Shown: one piece after another, positions 34,319 to 43,478 of the stretch
Position numbering within the stretch: position 1 is the stretch's first letter
How the letters are laid out: each line of letters starts with the position of its first letter
Assembly (NCBI GenBank): GCA_964640665.1
Contig: CAZXHT010000021.1
Span: 5,821-69,820 of the forward strand
Direction of reading: 5' to 3'
Length of the DNA stretch: 64,000 bases
Source: an uncultured Myxococcales bacterium
Lineage (GTDB): Bacteria > Myxococcota > B64-G9
Notes under the pieces: model-generated
Told to the model about the DNA's origin: nothing
The model's database searches: none
What the model saw: the letters and a program-made list of their open reading frames with translations, nothing else
Program-made: the position numbers and the translations under genes

Positions 34319-36712
34319 ATGAACAGAACGGCTCTCTCTTTGTTTTCCTGGCTTTTCGCAGCCTTTTTGGCGCTTTCGGGATCTGCTTGCTCGAGCGGTT
34401 CGGGCGGCACCTTGCTGCCGGTCGGTTCGCCGTGCGCCTCGGACACCGAGTGCGCCCGGCCCGGGACTCCGCAGTGCCTCACAGACGGTCTCTACCCGCT
34501 TGAAGCACTGGCCGGCTCTTCCAATCCGACCGCGCAAGGACTGGCCGGTATCGGGGTGCCTCTTCCGGGCGGCTACTGTTCGACTGTCCCGCCCTGCGTG
34601 ACGAACGCGGACTGCGGCACTGGCGGAAGTTGCTTCTTTCCACTGTGCCACGTCGATCCCGACTACTTCAACACCCTGGTGGACGCCTTGGAGCTTTCGG
34701 CAACAGACGCCGCGGTCGTTGCGGGATTCATCGACTATGGCCGTTGCCTGCGCGCCTGCGTCACCGGCGCCGATTGCGGCCGGGACGGCTATGTCTGCGC
34801 GACGCCGATCGAAGATTTCCTGTCGCTGGTCGACGGGGCCGACATGGGCACCTTCTGCGTCGGCGAGCAGCCGGCCTCCTGCGATCCAAATCCCTGCCTG
34901 CACGGGAAATGCTCACTGGTCGATGGGGCCACAAGCTGCGAATGTGATGCCGGCTGGGAGGGAGACCTGTGCGACAGCAACCATGACGACTGCGATCCCA
35001 ACCCGTGCCAGAACGGCGGAAGCTGCACCGACGGCGTCGACTCGTACACCTGCACCTGCCCCCAGGGATACAGCGGCTCGAACTGCGAGAACCAGGCTTC
35101 GGGTTGTGACGACAACCCGTGTCTCCACGGCAGCTGCTTAGACGGCGGGGCCGGAAGCTACACCTGTAGCTGCGATGCGGGCTGGGAAGGGGCGAACTGC
35201 GACACCGATGTTGCAGACTGCGCGGCCGATCCCTGTCTTCACGGTACCTGCACCGAGGGAATGCCGGGCACGGGCGAGTTTTCATGCGCTTGCGATTCTG
35301 GCTGGCAGGGCACGTTGTGCGACGCAGACATTCCCGACTGCGCGGCCGATCCATGTGTCCATGGTACCTGCAGCGAGGGGACACCGGGTACGGGCGAGTA
35401 TAGCTGCGCCTGCGAAGCCGGCTGGGAGGGCGACGACTGCACGACCAACCACGACGATTGCAACCCGAACCCATGCCAAAACGGCGGAAGCTGCGCCGAC
35501 GGCGTCGACGGCTACATTTGCACATGCCAGGCGGGTTACACCGGGACCAATTGTGAAAACACGGTCAGCGGCTGCGCCGACAATCCCTGCGTGCATGGAA
35601 GCTGCCAGGACACCGGGCCGGGAACCTATAGCTGCAGCTGCGATGCGGGCTGGGAAGGAGTAAACTGCGACACGGACGCACCCGATTGCGCGGCCGACCC
35701 GTGTGTGCACGGTACATGTAGCGAGGGAACTCCGGGCACGGGCGAGTTTTCCTGCGCCTGCGATGCGGGCTGGCAGGGGACTCTGTGCGACGCGGATTTT
35801 CCCGACTGCGCTGCCGACCCGTGTGTGCATGGTACATGCACTGAGGGCACGCCGGGCACGGGCGAGTTTTCATGCGCCTGTGACAGTGGCTGGGAAGGAA
35901 CCCTGTGCGACGTGATGACGGATCTTTGCACGCCGAACCCCTGCCAAAACGGCGGCAGCTGCTCGATCAGCGCTCCGGGCGTATACGTCTGCGCCTGCGT
36001 CGGCGGCTACAGCGGGACGAACTGCGAGATCGCCCCGACAACCGAGTGCATTCTGACCTACGACCTGGTCGCCGGTAACGGAGACGACGGTAACAACTGG
36101 ACCGGTTGCAACATCCGCATCCGGGACACTTTTTTGGGGATGGGAGACGGCACACACGCCATCGGCCCGGGGCTTTTGAAGATTCGCGTTCCCAGCGACG
36201 GCGGTCAAAACCCGGCCGCAGGCCTGGCAGAGGTCCTCTATTACGAACTGGCACAGGAGTTCACCACCGTGAGCGCCGGCACTACCATCATCACCGACGT
36301 GGACGGCTTCTCGCCCGTGCTCGGTCAAACCGACAACACCAGCGAGCTGTCCACGGGCAGCCTGACCCTGGGCGCCAGTCCCGAGGTTGCCTGGGATGCC
36401 TGCGACTATCCGCCCGGCTACAACAACACAGAGAATTCGTTTACGCCCGACGTTGTCGGCACGGGTCCGGGCTGTCTGGATCCTTACCGTAGCGTGGGCA
36501 ACGTCAACTGCTCAGGGGCGTTCTGCGGTGCAGGGGGGTTGAACTCCGGCGACAACCCGCAGGACGAGACTTGGGAGCAGGCGCTTTCCACGCTGAGCTT
36601 CAGCTCCGATCTGACGAGCTTGAGCATGGATTTCATGCTGGTCCCCAACCGCTCGCCGAGTCGCACCTATATAAGCTGGGAAGGCATGTTGATCGATATC
36701 AGCTGTCAATAG
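34319..36712 (+). CDS. Lipoprotein with Cys-rich N-domain, 10 tandem EGF-like repeats and an uncharacterised C-domain
   Basis: MNRTALSLFSWLFAAFLALSGSAC lipobox-like; repeats such as CDPNPCQNGGSCTDGVDSYTCTCPQGYSGSNC. Confidence 0.9.
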   Translation: MNRTALSLFSWLFAAFLALSGSACSSGSGGTLLPVGSPCASDTECARPGTPQCLTDGLYPLEALAGSSNPTAQGLAGIGVPLPGGYCSTVPPCVTNADCGTGGSCFFPLCHVDPDYFNTLVDALELSATDAAVVAGFIDYGRCLRACVTGADCGRDGYVCATPIEDFLSLVDGADMGTFCVGEQPASCDPNPCLHGKCSLVDGATSCECDAGWEGDLCDSNHDDCDPNPCQNGGSCTDGVDSYTCTCPQGYSGSNCENQASGCDDNPCLHGSCLDGGAGSYTCSCDAGWEGANCDTDVADCAADPCLHGTCTEGMPGTGEFSCACDSGWQGTLCDADIPDCAADPCVHGTCSEGTPGTGEYSCACEAGWEGDDCTTNHDDCNPNPCQNGGSCADGVDGYICTCQAGYTGTNCENTVSGCADNPCVHGSCQDTGPGTYSCSCDAGWEGVNCDTDAPDCAADPCVHGTCSEGTPGTGEFSCACDAGWQGTLCDADFPDCAADPCVHGTCTEGTPGTGEFSCACDSGWEGTLCDVMTDLCTPNPCQNGGSCSISAPGVYVCACVGGYSGTNCEIAPTTECILTYDLVAGNGDDGNNWTGCNIRIRDTFLGMGDGTHAIGPGLLKIRVPSDGGQNPAAGLAEVLYYELAQEFTTVSAGTTIITDVDGFSPVLGQTDNTSELSTGSLTLGASPEVAWDACDYPPGYNNTENSFTPDVVGTGPGCLDPYRSVGNVNCSGAFCGAGGLNSGDNPQDETWEQALSTLSFSSDLTSLSMDFMLVPNRSPSRTYISWEGMLIDISCQ
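34880..36025 (+). repeat. Array of 10 six-cysteine EGF-like repeats
   Basis: Six-Cys EGF spacing in every unit; units 4, 5, 8 and 9 are near-identical at DNA level. Confidence 0.9.
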
Positions 36713-36717
36713 CACGC

Positions 36718-36755
36718 AAAAAACACAAAAAGAAAGGGCGAGTGCGCGCTCGCCC
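36718..36755 (-). terminator. Rho-independent terminator for the minus-strand OMP gene
   Basis: GGGCGAG/CTCGCCC stem with an A-tract on the plus side (U-tract on the minus transcript). Confidence 0.6.
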
Positions 36756-36768
36756 AATCCCCTGGGAG

Positions 36769-36804
36769 CGGACCAGCGCGGGAGGAGGGACCCACGCTGG
36801 TCCG
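36769..36804. repeat. 10-bp perfect inverted repeat (REP-like hairpin)
   Basis: CGGACCAGCG-N16-CGCTGGTCCG. Confidence 0.55.
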
Positions 36805-36871
36805 ACTTATGACTACATCATACTACACTGTAGGATATGAGTCAAGAAAACAGCAAAGTTCTTTATTGTGG

Positions 36872-37516
36872 CTAGCTGCCGGCCTGGAAGTGGAAGGTCG
36901 TGGTTGCCAGTATCGAGGTAAACAGAGCGCTAGGCGAACTCGACAGGGAGTAGTCTTCGTCGCCCCAGTCCACCACCCAGCGGTTGTAGAAGGGCACGCT
37001 GAAGCGCAGTTGCACCCCGACCGAGAACCAGGGTGTGACATAGTAACTGCCGGTCAGGCCGCATTCGAGCTCGCCGCCGTCCATGCCGCGGTTGAAGTTG
37101 CCGTCGGAGTGGCCGCCGCCGATGATGGAATAGCCGCCGCCCAGAAATACGGTGGCGTCGTAGTCGCGCTCGGGCAACCAGAATTGCAATGGGTGCAAGT
37201 GAGCGACAACCGAGACGTGGCCCGAGCCGCCGATGTCGTCCCCGCTCAGGTTCCAGCCGTGGCCGGTGATTCCCATCTCGATCGATGCGTAGCCCTTGAT
37301 GTTGTAGGCCATGCCGAAACGAATCGCCAAGCCGTCGTCGAGCGTTTCGGTCAGGCGCCGCCCGTCGTTGCGCTGGATTTCCCTAAGCGAAGAGTTCAGC
37401 GAGCTTTCGGACAGCGACCAGATCCCGCCGCCGATACCGATGCCGACCGAAAAGCCCTCGCGGGCCGCGGCCGGGAGACAATAAATTAAAACAAGAACAG
37501 CAAGCGTTCTTTTCAT
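36872..37516 (-). CDS. Small outer-membrane beta-barrel protein
   Basis: Signal peptide, alternating aromatic/Gly strands (GFSVGIGIGGG, YDATVFLGGGYS, FSVGVQLRF). Confidence 0.75.
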   Translation of the reverse strand: MKRTLAVLVLIYCLPAAAREGFSVGIGIGGGIWSLSESSLNSSLREIQRNDGRRLTETLDDGLAIRFGMAYNIKGYASIEMGITGHGWNLSGDDIGGSGHVSVVAHLHPLQFWLPERDYDATVFLGGGYSIIGGGHSDGNFNRGMDGGELECGLTGSYYVTPWFSVGVQLRFSVPFYNRWVVDWGDEDYSLSSSPSALFTSILATTTFHFQAGS

Positions 37517-37519
37517 CGA

Positions 37520-39700
37520 CTAATGGTGCCGGCGCCTTTTTCGCCGCCGGCGTTTCTTCTTCTTCTTGGTCTTCTTCTCTTTCGCCAAGCGCTCAGCGGC
37601 CTCTTTCTCTACCTGCTCGAGCGTCTTGCCCTCGCGCAGCCCCTGAGCCTTGTAAAGGTAGATCTGCTCCTGTTTCTCTCCCTCGGGGCCGCCTAAGTAC
37701 TTGAACACCTTGGCAATGTCTTCGTAGACCTTGGATACCTTGGGGCCCGGCTCGGCCGCTTTCTGCATCATCATGGCGCATTTGGCCAGCTTGTCGAGCG
37801 CGTTGTTGGGGTCTTCGCTGTCTAAGTAGATTAATCCCATCTGGCAATAGACCTCGGCCCGTTCGCCGCCGGGCAGCATCAGGCTGTCCTCGAACGCTTG
37901 ACGCGCCTCGTTGTAGAAGGAAAGCTTCTGCTCCTGCTTGTCCTTGGCGTCTCCCAGCTTTTCGGCCATTATCCGGTAGCAGACACCCTTGTAGTAACGC
38001 GCCTCGGGGCTAAGCTCGTCGACCTTGATCGCTTTTTCGAACTCGCTCATCGCGGCCTGCATGTCGTCCATGCGCATGTAAAGATCGCCGACTTTTATTT
38101 GGTAGGCCACGGTTGGCTTCAAGGCTCGCTCAAACTCTCTCAGCTTCTGGATTGCCTGAGTCTTTTCGCCGAGTACGAACTGACTCTCGGCGCGATCGAA
38201 GTAAACCTTGGGCAGACGCGGGTCGAGTTGCAAGGCCCGTGCAAATTCGGCTTCGGCCTTGCTGCCGTCCTTGTTCAGACCGGCCAGGCGTCCGGCCAGG
38301 TCGTGAGCCTCGGCACTCTCGTCGTAGGCCGCGAGCGACTTCCTGAGCCAGGTGTTCGCGCCGGGGACGTCGTCCGTGGCCAGGGCATACTCGGCGCGCA
38401 CCAGGTAGCGCAGCCCGTTCATGGGAGGCGAAAATTCGGAATCGGGGTGGCGCGAGGCATCCAGGAATTCGTCCAGCACCTTCTTGGTAAGCCCCAGATT
38501 CTTGCCGCGTTGAATGTAAGTATACGCCCGGCGCAGGTTCGAGAACATATGGGCCGGGTTCGTCCTTATAGCGTCCTTGAAGTAGCGCATGGCGCGCGGC
38601 AGGTTGCCCTCGCGCAGGTAAACATCGGCGAACAGGGCCTGGTAATGCGGCGAATTACCCGAGAAGCGCGCCGCCCGGCTGTAATCTTCACGGGCCTCCT
38701 TGATCTTACCCTGCAGGAGGCGCGCCCTGGCGCGGACACCGAAGACGCTGGCGTCGAGAAAGATGTCCCTTTTCTTGATGGCTCGATTGATAATCTCGGA
38801 AAGGAACTTGTCGGCCTTTTCGATCTCGCCCTTGTCGATCATGAGCAGGGCCTTGAGCGCGAAGCGCTCCGGGTTGGGCAACTCCTGGTCATTCATCCAG
38901 GCCAGCTGTTTTACGAGCTTGGGTTTGAGATCTTTCTGAGCATGGTTCTGCCACAGGTTGGCGCGAACCCCGGCCAGGCGCATGATCGTCTTGGGCTCGT
39001 CCTCGTCAAGCACGTAAGCCGCCTCGAGGTTACCTAAGGCCCGTTCGAGATCGCCGAAATTATCATGCGGTACCAGGGCGGAGGCCTGGTCGAGCTTGTC
39101 GCGGACTTGCACGCGGATGGCCACGTGGTGGTTGTACCAGATGGCCACCACGACCACGACTGCGGCAACGGCCAGGAGCTGGGCCAAGGTGCGCCACAAC
39201 GGTTTGGGCGGGTCCTGGACGGCGGGCTGGCGGCGAGGCAGCCATGCCTCCGACGGCAGGCCGTTCGACCCCTTGAGCGGCGGGATCTTCTCGTCCAGGG
39301 ACTGCAAGAGCGCGCGGGTGTGCAAATCTCCGGGCACGATCTCCAGAGCGCGCATCAACTCGGAGATGGCCTTATGGTCTTGCCCGCGATCAAGGAAGAT
39401 TTCACCCAGCGCGCGGTGTGCCACCGCCGAATCGGGAGTGGACTTGAGCACCTTCTTCAGGACGATCTCTGCTTTCGGATCGTCGTAGGCCTGGTAGTAG
39501 GACATCCCCAAGGCCAGCAACCCCGAAGGGGCGTTAGGGTTGCTCTTCAATCCGCGCTTGCAGGCCGCGATGGCCTGTTGGGGCAAGCTACGCTCGAGGT
39601 ATGCCTTGGCAAGCGGTACGAAGTTGCCAGGATCTGCCTGAAAATCGGCCTCGAGTCTGTCGATGTCCACCCCGGGACCGCCACCTTTTGCTTCAGCCAT
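37520..39700 (-). CDS. Bitopic multi-TPR protein
   Basis: N-terminal TPRs, TM (LLAVAAVVVVVAIWY), long TPR array, basic tail; ATG 39700 with GGAGGT RBS. Confidence 0.85.
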   Translation of the reverse strand: MAEAKGGGPGVDIDRLEADFQADPGNFVPLAKAYLERSLPQQAIAACKRGLKSNPNAPSGLLALGMSYYQAYDDPKAEIVLKKVLKSTPDSAVAHRALGEIFLDRGQDHKAISELMRALEIVPGDLHTRALLQSLDEKIPPLKGSNGLPSEAWLPRRQPAVQDPPKPLWRTLAQLLAVAAVVVVVAIWYNHHVAIRVQVRDKLDQASALVPHDNFGDLERALGNLEAAYVLDEDEPKTIMRLAGVRANLWQNHAQKDLKPKLVKQLAWMNDQELPNPERFALKALLMIDKGEIEKADKFLSEIINRAIKKRDIFLDASVFGVRARARLLQGKIKEAREDYSRAARFSGNSPHYQALFADVYLREGNLPRAMRYFKDAIRTNPAHMFSNLRRAYTYIQRGKNLGLTKKVLDEFLDASRHPDSEFSPPMNGLRYLVRAEYALATDDVPGANTWLRKSLAAYDESAEAHDLAGRLAGLNKDGSKAEAEFARALQLDPRLPKVYFDRAESQFVLGEKTQAIQKLREFERALKPTVAYQIKVGDLYMRMDDMQAAMSEFEKAIKVDELSPEARYYKGVCYRIMAEKLGDAKDKQEQKLSFYNEARQAFEDSLMLPGGERAEVYCQMGLIYLDSEDPNNALDKLAKCAMMMQKAAEPGPKVSKVYEDIAKVFKYLGGPEGEKQEQIYLYKAQGLREGKTLEQVEKEAAERLAKEKKTKKKKKRRRRKRRRHH

Positions 39701-39785
39701 CGCAACCTCCGGGCAAGGAGCCAAAAAGGTCATAAGATACGAGAATTTTCCAGTCGGAACTTGCATAGCAGAGGCCCGAACCGGT

Positions 39786-39824
39786 TGTCAAGAGTTGACA
39801 CGTACAGAAGGCCTGTCCTAACCT
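39786..39824 (+). promoter_or_regulatory. Back-to-back TTGACA boxes; plus-strand sigma70-like promoter of the cyclase operon
   Basis: TGTCAA-GAG-TTGACA palindrome; TTGACA-N18-TAACCT. Confidence 0.4.
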
Positions 39825-39869
39825 GCAAACTTACTCGTCTTCGAGGTCGGTGCGAAGGGGCCCCAAACA

Positions 39870-42197
39870 TTGCTCAAGCGAATATTTTCATTTACGGGCT
39901 TCAAACTCGGCCTGCTCATCACCCTGCTATTCTGTGCAACCAAGCTTCCCACTTGCGGGCTCACCGAGAGTGGGGCGGTGCAGTTTTTAGACAACATCGA
40001 AAACGCCTGGCTCGACGAGAAGTTCGATATTCGCGGTCAGGGTAGTTCTGACGAATTCCAGAAAAAGGCCCATGTAGTAATAGTGGCCATCGACGAGAAA
40101 TCGACTCGCATGCCCGGTTTGGGTCTGTGGCCCTGGCCGAGATCGAAAATTGCCGAGATGGTAGCACAGATCAACAAATGCGGTGCGAAGGTGATCGGCT
40201 TCGACGTGGTTTTCTCCGAGCCTGACGCCTCGCGAACCGAGCCGGTTGTGCGGCAGATCAAGGAGGCCTATGCCAAGGCCGAACCGCGGGATACTGGTTT
40301 CGAGCGGCACCTTGACGAGATCTATGCCGGCGTTCAGGGAGATCGGGCCCTGGCCAATGTATTGGAGAACGCCGAAAACGTCGTCCTGGGATATTTTTTC
40401 TTCTGCTCACACAAGGAGATCATCAATCTCGATCCCCGAGACATCCAGGCAGGCAAGGAGAGCATCGGCTTCGGGACAATCTCGTTCGCGGTCAAGCCCG
40501 AAGGACACTCTTGGGACGAAATGCGCGGCTCGTTCCCACAGGCGCTGGGCGTCCGAGCAAATCTACCGATATTGAGCGAGGCCGCTGATTCGTACGGCTA
40601 CTTCAATCAGATACCGGACGGAGATAGCATCTATCGCCATGTCCCGATGGTCATGGTATATGACAAACACTTCTATCCTTCTCTGTCGCTGCAGGTCCTT
40701 TCGAGCTACTATGAACAGCCGGTGGAGTTGCTGGTCAACACGTTCGACAGGAAAACGTATTACCCCCGCTATATCGGACTGTACCTGGGCCCGATCGGGA
40801 TGCCCGGCCCGAATCATGTTGAAGTTCCGGTCGAGAGAGGTGCGTTGTTCAGGGTCAACTACTATGGCAGGAATAGGATGTTCAGGCATATCTCGGCCGG
40901 CGATATCATTCACGCTGACCAGGAGGCCTGCCGGGCGGTAAAGGACAAGGTCGTGCTGGTGGGAGCCACGACTATCGGAATCTACGATCTGCGGCCGACC
41001 CCACTGGAGGATTCATTCCCCGGCGTCGAGATCCACGCCAGTGTGATCGAGAACGTGATCAGGCAAGATTTCATGCTGCGCCCGGCGATTTTCTATTTCT
41101 ACGAGGCGCTTTTCATGCTCCTTGCGGGAATCCTTTTCAGCTGGCTGCTCATGCGTTTTCGTTTGACGATCGGACTGGTGATAACCCTGCTTTCACTGGT
41201 CGGGTTGGTGTTATCAGATTTCTTTTTCCTGTTTCGTAACGGCATTCAGGCCCACGTCGTGCTGCCGGTGATGCACCTGGTGGTGCTGTTCGCCGGCATC
41301 GCGGTCTACCGCTATGCCACCGAGGAGCGCGAGAAGAGCAAGATCCGGCATGCCTTCCAGTTCTACCTTTCCAGGGACGTCATCGAGGATGTCATGCGGG
41401 ACACCAGCAAGCTCAAGCTGGGCGGCGAGCGGCGCGAGTTGACGGTCATGTTCTCCGACATCCGCGGGTTCACCACCATCTCCGAGAAACTCGATCCCGA
41501 GGCGCTGACCGAACTGCTGAACGAGTACCTCACCCCAATGACCGAGATTGTTTTTGCGCAGCATGGCACGTTGGACAAATACATAGGCGATGCATTAATG
41601 GCCATTTTCGGCGCCCCGCTGCCTTTCGACGATCATCCCCATGCCGCTTGCCGCGCGGCTCTGGAAATGATGGAGACCCTTGCGCGCCTGCGCCAGGTGT
41701 GGGCCGAGCGCGGCCTGCCCGAGATCGACATCGGGATCGGCGTCAACACCGGAGCCATGTCGGTGGGCAACATGGGTTCTGCCAGCCGCTTTGACTACAC
41801 CGTTCTGGGCGACAACGTCAACCTGGCCTCACGCCTCGAGGGGCTCAACAAAGTCTACCACAGCCACATTATCATCAGCGAGTTCACCCGCGCCGCGGTC
41901 GGGGGGCACTTCACCTGCCGCGAACTGGACGCCGTGCAGGTTAAGGGCAAACAACGCCCGGTGAAGATCTATGAGCTGGTTCACCGCGGGCCGCCGGATC
42001 CGGAGAAGGACGCCTGGATCGGCGACTTCGAGGAGGCTTTACGCCTATATCGTTTGCAGCAGTGGGACGTTGCGGCGGCGGCCTTTGGCAAGCTTGCGGA
42101 CCCGGTTTCGGTTATGTACACGCAGCGCTGCCGGCAGATGGAAGAAGATCCGCCCGGCCCGGACTGGAACGGCGTCAGCAAGATGACATCCAAGTAA
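39870..42197 (+). CDS. CHASE2-domain class III adenylate cyclase
   Basis: AIDEKS...WPWPRS CHASE2, PGVEIHA, 3 TMs, FSDIRGFT, DKYIGDALM, YTVLGDNVNLASRLE (K/T specificity pair, class IIIb). Confidence 0.93.
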   Translation: MLKRIFSFTGFKLGLLITLLFCATKLPTCGLTESGAVQFLDNIENAWLDEKFDIRGQGSSDEFQKKAHVVIVAIDEKSTRMPGLGLWPWPRSKIAEMVAQINKCGAKVIGFDVVFSEPDASRTEPVVRQIKEAYAKAEPRDTGFERHLDEIYAGVQGDRALANVLENAENVVLGYFFFCSHKEIINLDPRDIQAGKESIGFGTISFAVKPEGHSWDEMRGSFPQALGVRANLPILSEAADSYGYFNQIPDGDSIYRHVPMVMVYDKHFYPSLSLQVLSSYYEQPVELLVNTFDRKTYYPRYIGLYLGPIGMPGPNHVEVPVERGALFRVNYYGRNRMFRHISAGDIIHADQEACRAVKDKVVLVGATTIGIYDLRPTPLEDSFPGVEIHASVIENVIRQDFMLRPAIFYFYEALFMLLAGILFSWLLMRFRLTIGLVITLLSLVGLVLSDFFFLFRNGIQAHVVLPVMHLVVLFAGIAVYRYATEEREKSKIRHAFQFYLSRDVIEDVMRDTSKLKLGGERRELTVMFSDIRGFTTISEKLDPEALTELLNEYLTPMTEIVFAQHGTLDKYIGDALMAIFGAPLPFDDHPHAACRAALEMMETLARLRQVWAERGLPEIDIGIGVNTGAMSVGNMGSASRFDYTVLGDNVNLASRLEGLNKVYHSHIIISEFTRAAVGGHFTCRELDAVQVKGKQRPVKIYELVHRGPPDPEKDAWIGDFEEALRLYRLQQWDVAAAAFGKLADPVSVMYTQRCRQMEEDPPGPDWNGVSKMTSK

Positions 42198-42230
42198 TGA
42201 CAGAAAGACAGTTGCTCATGGAGGTTTCTC

Positions 42231-43478
42231 GTGCCATCGCAAGACGTCAAGGAACTTACCCGCTTAAAGGATCGCGCCGCACGCCGCATGGCCAAGGGTG
42301 ACTGGTCGGGTGCGCTCGAGGCTCTTCTCGCGGCTCGCAAACTGGCGCCCAAGGACACCTTCGTGGCCCGCAAGGTGGGCGACATGTACCAGCGGCTGGG
42401 CAAGAAAGAAGGGGCCGTCGACGCCTACGGAAAGGCTGCCGCGCTCTTCGCCAGCGCCGGGTTTCTGTTCAAGGCCATCTCGGTGAACAAGATCATCCTC
42501 TCGATCGATCCCGACCACAAAGGCGTGCAGCGGACACTGGCGACGTTGTACGCCCGGCGGGAAGGACCGGCCGCGGCGCGGGCTCCGGAACTGATCGAGA
42601 TCGAGCCCATGCCGATGCCGGCCTTCGAGATAGACATGGAACTGGCCCGGGTGGACAGGGACAAGCTGCCATGGACGCCCTTGCTTTCGGATCTCGACGA
42701 AAGCGAATTGGACCGGGTGATTGACAAACTGGTCCCGGTCAATGCCGCTGCGGGGACGGTCGTCTGCCGTGAGGGCGACCCCGCCGACTCGATCTACGTG
42801 ATTTCCCACGGGCTGGTGCGCGTATCCGGACGGGATTCCGGCGGTACGCCCGTCTGGCTTGTGAACCTGCGCGAGGGAGAGTTCTTCGGCGAGTTCGGCT
42901 TCTTCTCGGACGGCAAACGGCATGCCGACGTCGTGGCCGTGGAGGACACCGAGCTACTGCAGATCGGCCGCAGGGAGATCGAGGAGATCCTGACCGAGTT
43001 TCCCCGTGTGCGTCAGGTTCTCGAGAAGTTCTACAATTTACGGGTGGTGGACACCCTGCTTGCCAAGAGCAAGCTGTTTGGGAGTCTCGCCCCGGACCAC
43101 CGCCGGGATCTGTTGCTCGAGGCGGCCCTGGAGGTGCATGCAACGGGTTCGATGATAATCCAGGAGGGCGACGACGGCGAGAGCCTCTACGTGATCAAGA
43201 GCGGAGAGGTCGAGGTGTACACTGCCCTGGGGCAAGAGCGTATCGACCTTGCGGTTCTGGGCCCGGGCGAGATCTTCGGCGAGATCAGCATTTTGACCGG
43301 AACGCCGACCACGGCCAACGTGATTGCCCGAACCAGGACGGAGCTGGTCAAGTTCTCCAGGTCCGAGGTGACGGCCATGGCCGACAAGCACCCGCAGCTT
43401 CAGCACCTGCTCTCCGAGACCAAGGACCACCGCGTACACGAAACCGTACAGCGGATCCAGACAGAGGGGTTCGTGTAA
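42231..43478 (+). CDS. TPR + tandem cyclic-nucleotide-binding domain protein
   Basis: N-terminal TPR-like helices; CNB1 EGEFFGE...KRHADV; CNB2 PGEIFGE...PTTANV; GTG start with GGAGG RBS. Confidence 0.88.
   Translation: MPSQDVKELTRLKDRAARRMAKGDWSGALEALLAARKLAPKDTFVARKVGDMYQRLGKKEGAVDAYGKAAALFASAGFLFKAISVNKIILSIDPDHKGVQRTLATLYARREGPAAARAPELIEIEPMPMPAFEIDMELARVDRDKLPWTPLLSDLDESELDRVIDKLVPVNAAAGTVVCREGDPADSIYVISHGLVRVSGRDSGGTPVWLVNLREGEFFGEFGFFSDGKRHADVVAVEDTELLQIGRREIEEILTEFPRVRQVLEKFYNLRVVDTLLAKSKLFGSLAPDHRRDLLLEAALEVHATGSMIIQEGDDGESLYVIKSGEVEVYTALGQERIDLAVLGPGEIFGEISILTGTPTTANVIARTRTELVKFSRSEVTAMADKHPQLQHLLSETKDHRVHETVQRIQTEGFV

Noticed and set aside
34880-36025. Regularly spaced roughly 120-bp DNA repeats as a possible CRISPR array
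   Set aside because: In-frame coding repeats with synonymous divergence and no unique spacers; no cas genes.
34277-36712. Eukaryotic contamination as the source of the EGF repeats
   Set aside because: No introns, bacterial RBS and lipobox, GC and codon style continuous with the flanks; read coverage would settle it.
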